DNA of 64,000 bases. It comes from Eledone cirrhosa (lineage: Eukaryota). The position numbers and the translations under genes were made by a program. Of the stretch, positions 56,901 to 64,000 are shown piece after piece (within the stretch, counting starts at the first letter, position 1; every line of letters begins with the position of its first letter). Location: assembly GCA_964016885.1 (NCBI GenBank), contig OZ024743.1, forward strand, positions 376,960,001 through 377,024,000. Reading direction: 5' to 3'. The notes beneath the pieces were generated by a model, which was not told where the DNA came from, made no database searches, and was given only the letters and a program-made list of their open reading frames with translations.

Positions 56901-59900
56901 TTAAAATAACAGTACAAACGTCCCTGACCCGAGTAAACTTCTTGGCCGCGACTGGGAATTTAAAATAACCCTACAAACGTCCCTGACACGAGTAAACTTC
57001 CTGATCGCGACTGGGGATTTAAATTAACCCTACAAACGTCCCTGACCCGAGTAAACTTCCTGGCGGCGACTGGGGATTTACAATAACCCTACAATGGTCC
57101 CTGACCCGAGTAAACTTCCTGGCCGCGACTGGGGATTTAAAATAACCCTACAAACGTCCCCGACCCGAGTAAACTTCCTGGTCGCGACTGAGGATTTAAA
57201 ATAACCCTGCAAACGTCCCAGATCCGAGTAAACTTCCTGGCCGCGACTGGGGGATTTAAAATAACCCTACAAACGTCCCTGACCCGAGTAAACTTCCTGG
57301 CCGCGACTGGGGATTTAAAATAACCCTACAAACGTCGCTGACCCCAGTAAACTTCCTGGCCGCGACTGGGGATTTAAAATAACCCTACAAACGTCCCTGA
57401 CCCGAGTAAACTTTTTGGTCGCGACTGGGGATTTAAAATAACCCAACAAACGTCCCTGACCCGAGTAAACTTCCTGGCCGCACCTGGAGATTTAAAATAA
57501 CCCTACAAACGTCCATGACCCGAGTAAACTTCCTGGCCGCGACTGGGGATTTAAAATAACCCTACAAACGTCCATGACCCTAGTAAACTTCCTGGCCGCG
57601 ACTGGGATTTAAAATAACCCTACAAACGTCCCTGACCCGAGTAAACTTCCTGGCCGCGACTGGGGATTTAAAATAACCCTACAAACGTCCCTGACCCGAA
57701 TAAACATCCTGGCCGCGACTGGGATTTAAAATAACCCTACAAACGTCCCTGACCCGAGTAAACTTCCTGGCCGCGACTGGGGATTTAAAATAACCCTACA
57801 AACGTTCCTGACCCGAGTAACCCTCCTGGCCGCGACTGGGGATTTAAAATAACCCTACAAACGTCCCTGACCCGAGTAAACTTCCTGGCCGCACCTGGAG
57901 ATTTAAAATAACCCTACAAACGTCCCTGACCCGAGTAAACTTCCTGGCCGCGACTGGGGATTTAAAATAACCTTACAAACCTCCCTGATCCGAGTAAACT
58001 TCCTGGCCGCGACTGGGGATTTAAAATAACCCTACAAACGTTCCTGACCCGAGTAAACTTCCTGGTCGCGACTGGGGATTTAAAATAACCCTACAAACGT
58101 CCCTGATCCGAGTAACCTTCCTGGCCGCGACAGGGGATTTAAAATAACCCTACAAACGTCGCTGACCCCAGTAAACTTCCTGGCCGCGACTGCGGATTTG
58201 AAATAAGCCTACAAACGTCCCTAAACCGAGTAAACTTCTTGGCCGCGACTGGGGATTTAAAATAACCCGACAAATGTCCCTGACCCGAGTAAACTTCCTG
58301 GCCGCATCTGGAGATTTAAAATAACCCTACAAACGTCCCTGACCCGAGTAAACTTCCTGGCGGCGACTGGGGATTTAAAATAACCCTACAAACGTCCCTG
58401 ACCCGAGTAAACTTCCTGGCCGCGACTGGGATTTAAAATAACCCTACAAACGTCCCTGACACGAGTAAACTTCCTGGTCGCGACTGGGGATTTAAAATAA
58501 CCCTACAAACGTCCCTGACCCGAGTAAACTTCCTGGCGGCGACTGGGGATTTACAATAACCCTACAATGGTCCCTGACCCGAGTAAAGTTCCTGGCTGTG
58601 ACTGGGGTTTTAAAATAACCCTACAAACGTTACTGACCCGAGTAAACTTCCTGGCCGCGACTGGGGATTTAAAATAACCCTCCAAACGTCCCTGAAATGA
58701 GAAAACTTCCTGGCCGCGACTGGGGATTTAAAATAACCCTACAAACGTCCCTGATCCGAGTAAAATTCCTGGCCGCGACTGGCGATTGTAAATAACCCTA
58801 CAAACGTCCCAGATCCGTGGAAACTTCCTGGCCGCGATTGGGGATTTAAAATAACCCTACAAACGTCCCTGACCCGAGTAAACTTCCTGGCCGCGACTGG
58901 GGATTTAAAATAACCCTACAAACGTTCCTGACCCGAGTAACCCTCCTGGCCGCGACTGGGGATTTAAAATAACCTTACAAACGTCCCTGATCCCAGTAAA
59001 CTTCTTGGCCGCGACTGGGGATTTAAAATAACCCTACAAACGTCCCTGACCCGAGTAAACTTCCTGGTCGCGACTGGGGATTTGAAATAACCCTACAAAC
59101 GTCCCTGACTCGAGTAAACTTCCTGGCCGCGACAGGGGATTTAAAATAACCCTACAAACGTCCCTGACACGAGTAAACTTCCTGGCTGCGACTGGGGATT
59201 TAAAATAACCTTACAAACGTCCCTGACCCGAGTAAACTTCCTGGCCGCGACTGGGGATTTAAAATAACCCTCCAAACGTCCCTGAAATGAGCAAACTTCC
59301 TGGCCGCGACTGGTGATTTAAAATAACCCTACAAACGTCCCTGACCCGAGTAAACTTCCTGGCCGCGACTGGGGATTTAAAATAACCCTACAAACGTCCC
59401 TGACCCCAGTAAACTTCCTGGCCGCGACTGGGGATTTAAAATAACCCTACAAACGTCGCTGACTCCAGTAAACTCCCTGGCCGCGACTGGGGATTTAAAA
59501 TAACCCTACAAACGTCCCTGACCCGAGTAAACTTCCTGGCCGCGACTGGGGATTTAAAATAACCCTACAAACGTCGCTGACCCCAGTAAACTTCCTAGCC
59601 GCGACTGTGGATTTAAAATAACCCTACAAACGTCCCTAACCCGAGTAAACTTCCTGGCCGCGACTGGGGATTTAAAATAACCCTACAAACGTCCCTGACC
59701 CGAGTAAACTTCCTGGCCGCACCTGGAGATTTAAAATAACCCTACAAACGTCCCTGACCCGAGTAAACTTCCTGGCCGCGACTGGGGATTTAAAATAACC
59801 TTACAAACGTTCCTGATCCGAGTAAACTTCCTGGCCGCGACTGGGGATTTAATATAACCCTACAAACGTCCCTGACTCGAGTAAACTTCCTGGCCGCGAC

Positions 59901-62900
59901 TGGGCTTTTAAAATAACCCTACAACGGTCCCTGACGCGAGTAAACTTCCTGGCCCCGACTGGGGATTTAAAATAACCCTACAAACGTCCCTGACCCGAGT
60001 AAACTTCCTGGCTGCGACTGGGGATTTAAAATAACCTTACAAACGTCCCTGACCCGAGTAACCCTCCTGGCCGCGACTGGGGATTTAAAATAACCCTACA
60101 AACGTCCCTGACCCGAGTAAACTTCCTGGCCGCACCTGGAGATTTAAAATAACCCTACAAACGTACCTGACCCGAGTAAACTTCCTGGCCGCGACTGGGG
60201 ATTTAAAATAACCTTACAAACGTCCCTGATCCGAGTAAACTTCCTGGCCGCGACTGAGGATTTAAAATAACCCTACAAACGTCCCTGACCGGAGTAAACT
60301 TCCTGGTCGCGACTGGGGATTTAAAATAACCCTACAAACGTCCCTGACTCGAGTAAACTTCCTGGCCGCGACTGGGGATTTAAAATAACCCTACAAACGT
60401 CCCTGACCCGACGAAACTTCCTGGCTGCGACTGGGGATTTAAAATAACCGTACAAACGTCCCTGACCCGAGTAAACTTCCTGGCCGCGGCTGGGGATTTA
60501 AAATAACCCTCCAAACGTCCCTGAAATGAGAAAACTTCCTGGCCGCGACTGGGGATTTAAAATAACCCTACAAACGTCCCTGATCCGAGTAACCTTCCTG
60601 GCCGCGACAGGGGATTTAAAATAACCCTACAAACGTCGCTGACCCCAGTAAACTTCCTGGCCGCGACTGCGGATTTGAAATAAGCCTACAAACGTCCCTA
60701 ACCCGAGTAAACTTCTTGGCCGCGACTGGGGATTTAAAATAACCCAACAAACGTCCCTGACCCGAGTAAACTTCCTGGCCGCAACTGGAGATTTAAAATA
60801 ACCCTACAAACGTCCCTGACCCGAGTAAACTTCCTGGCCGCGACTGGGATTTAAAATAACCCTACAAACGTCCCTGACCCTAGTAAACTTCCTGGCCGCG
60901 ACTGGGATTTTAAATAACCCTACAAACGTCCCTGACCCGAGTAAACTTCCTGGCCGCGACTGGGGATTTAAAATAACCCTACAAACGTCCCTGACCCGAG
61001 TAAACATCCTGGCCGCGACTGGGATTTAAAATAACCCTACAAACGTCCCTGACCCGAGTAAACTTCCTGGCCGCTACTGGGGATTTAAAATAACAGTACA
61101 AACGTCCCTGACCCGAGTAAACTTCTTGGCCGCGACTGGGAATTTAAAATAACCCTACAAACGTCCCTGACACGAGTAAACTTCCTGGTCGCGACTGGGG
61201 ATTTAAAATAACCCTACAAACGTCCCTGACCCGAGTAAACTTCCTGGCGGCGACTGGGGATTTACAATAACCCTACAATGGTCCCTGACCCGAGTAAACT
61301 TCCTGGCCGTGACTGGGGTTTTAAAATAACCCTACAAACGTCCCTGACCCGAGTAAACTTCCTGGCCGCGACTGGGGATTTAAAATAACCCTCCAAACGT
61401 CCCTGAAATGAGAAAACTTCCTGGCCGCGACTGGGGATTTAAAATAACCCTACAAACGTCCCTGACCCGAGTAAACTTCCTGGCCGCGACTGGGGATTTA
61501 CAATAACCCTACAAACGTCCCTGACTCGAGTAAACTTCCTGGCCACGACTGGGGATTTAAAATAACCCTACAAACGTCCCTGACCCGAGTAAACTTCCTG
61601 GCTGCGACTGGGGATTTAAAATAACCTCACAAACATCCCTGACCCGAGTAAACTTCCTGGCCGCGACTGGGGATTTAAAATAACCCTCCAAACATCCGCG
61701 AAATGAGAAAACTTCCTGGCCGCGACTGGGGATTTAAAATAACCCTACAAACGTCCCTGACCCGAGTAAATTTCCTGGCCGCGACTGGGGATTTAAAATA
61801 ACCCTACAAACGTCTCTGACCAGAGTAAACTTCCTGGCCGCGACTGGGGATTGTAAATAACCCTACAAACGTCCCAGATCCGTGTAAACTTCCTGGCCGC
61901 GATTGGGGATTTACAATAACCCTACAATGGTCCCTGATCCGAGTAAACTTCCTGGCCGCGACTGGGGATTTAAAATAACCCTACAAACGTCCCTGACCCG
62001 AGTAAACTTCCTGGTCGCGACTGGGGATTTAAAATAACCCTACAAACGTCCCTGACACGAGTAAACTTCCTGGTCGCGACTGGGGATTTAAAATAACCCT
62101 ACAAACGTCCCTGACCCGAGTAAACTTCCTGGCGGCGACTGGGGATTTACAATAACCCTACAATGGTCCCTGACCCGAGTAAAGTTCCTGGCTGTGACTG
62201 GGGTTTTAAAATAACCCTACAAACGTCCTCGACCCGAGTAAACTTCCTGGCCGCGACTGGGGATTTAAAATAACCCTCCAAACGTCCCTGAAATGAGAAA
62301 ACTTCCTGGCCGCGACTGGGGATTTAAAATAACCCTACAAACGTCCCTGATCCGAGTAAAATTCCTGGCCGCGACTGGGCATTGTAAATAACCCTACAAA
62401 CGTCCCAGATCCGTGTAAACTTCCTGGCCGCGATTGGGGATTTAAAATAACCCTACAAACGTCCCTGACCCCAGTAAACTTCCTGGCCGCGACTGGGGAT
62501 TTAAAATAACCCTACAAACGTTCCTGACCCGAGTAACCCTCCTGGCCGCGACTGGGGATTTAAAATAACCTTACAAACGTCCCTGATCCCAGTAAACTTC
62601 CTGGCCGCGACTGGGGATTTAAAATAACCCTACAAACGTCCCTGACCCGAGTAAACTTCCTGGTCGCGACTGGGGATTTAAAATAACCCTACAAACGTCC
62701 CTGACCCGAGTAAACTTCCTGGCTGCGACTGGGGATTTAAAATAACCTTACAAACGTCCCTGACCCGAGTAAACTTCCTGGCCGCGACTGGGGATTTAAA
62801 ATAACCCTCCAAACGTCCCTGAAATGAGCAAACTTCCTGGCCGCGACTGGGGATTTAAAATAACCCTACAAACGTCCCTGACCCGAGTAAACTTCCTGGC

Positions 62901-64000
62901 CGCGACTGGGGATTTAAAATAACCCTACAAACGTCCCTGACCCCAGTAAACTTCCTGGCCGCGACTGGGGATTTAAAATAACCCTACAAACGTCGCTGAC
63001 TCCAGTAAACTCCCTGGCCGCGACTGGGGATTTAAAATAACCCTACAAACGTCGCTGACCCCAGTAAACTCCCTGGCCGCGACTGGGGATTTAAAATAAC
63101 CCTACAAACGTCCCTGACCCCAGTAAACTTCCTGGCCGCGACTGGGGATTTAAAATAACCCGACAAACGTCCCTGACCCGAGTAAACTTCCTGGCCGCAC
63201 CTGGAGATTTAAAATAACCCTACAAACGTCCCTGACCCGAGTAAACTTCCTGGCCGCGACTAGGGATTTAAAATAACCCTACAAACGTCCCTGACCCGAG
63301 TAAACTTCCTGGCCGCGACTGGGATTTAAAATAACCCTACAAACGTCCCTGACCCGAGTAAACTTCCTGGCTGCGACTGGGGATTTAAAATAACCCTACA
63401 AACGTCCCTGACCCGAGTAAACTTCCTGGCCGCGACTGGGATTTAAAATAACCCTACAAACGTCCCTGACCCGAGTAAACTTCCTGGCCGCGACTGGGGA
63501 TTTAAAATAACAGTACAAACGTCCCTGACCCGAGTAACCTTCCTGGCCGCGACTGGGAATTTAAAATAACCCTACAAACGTCCCTGACACGAGTAAACTT
63601 CCTGGTCGCGACTGGGGATTTAAAATAACCCTACAAACGTCCCTGACCCGAGTAAACTTCCTGGCGGCGACTGGGGATTTACAATAACCCTACAATGGTC
63701 CCTGACCCGAGTAAACTTCCTGGCTGTGACTGGGGTTTTAAAATAACCCTACAAACGTCCCTGACCCGAGTAAACTTCCTGGCCGCGACTGGGGATTTAA
63801 AATAACCCTCCAAACGTCCCTGAAATGAGAAAACTTCCTGGCCGCGACTGGGGATTTAAAATAACCCTACAAACGTCCCTGATCCGAGTAAAATTCCTGG
63901 CCGCGACTGGGGATTTTAAATAACCCTACAAACGTCCCAGATCCGTGTAAACTTCCTGGCCGCGATTGGGGATTTTAAATAACCCTACAAACGTCCCTGA
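50952..64000. repeat. 59-bp satellite array, ~221 monomers in the window, continuing past the end
   Basis: Consensus aaaataaccctacaaacgtccctgacccgagtaaacttcctggccgcgactggggattt; few substitutions per monomer; occasional 58- and 60-mers. Confidence 0.98.

Noticed and set aside
50952-64000. Regular repeats resembling a CRISPR array; two 67-aa ORFs inside
   Set aside because: No unique spacers, contiguous 59-bp monomers, eukaryotic context and no cas genes; the ORFs arise from 58-bp monomer variants.

Overview
Eukaryotic, microsatellite-saturated animal DNA. The tRNA-derived SINEs and extreme (TA)n/(CA)n density suggest an octopus or other coleoid cephalopod (inference). The window holds: (1) the last four coding exons of a dachshund (dac/DACH) gene on the + strand (5764-11460); (2) a very young Penelope-like element (PLE; RT + GIY-YIG, Naiad-like) inserted as a 5.7-kb head-to-head foldback with 2.4-kb near-identical arms (18292-24025); (3) a swarm of 60-300 bp non-coding foldback mini-elements in (TA)n tracts that repeat the same architecture, several with minimal hammerhead-ribozyme-like cores and a shared GAGTRC tail motif; (4) a near-full-length but disabled Tx1/L1-clade LINE embedded in a (TCTG)n tract (40668-46318); (5) a hAT-type MITE with an 8-bp TSD; (6) many SINE copies; (7) a 200-N gap; (8) a 59-bp satellite of more than 13 kb with 16-mer and ~71-mer higher-order duplications running off the right end. 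Almost all short ORFs in the track are microsatellite artefacts. The most interesting system is the (TA)n-associated PLE and its putative hammerhead-bearing foldback derivatives.
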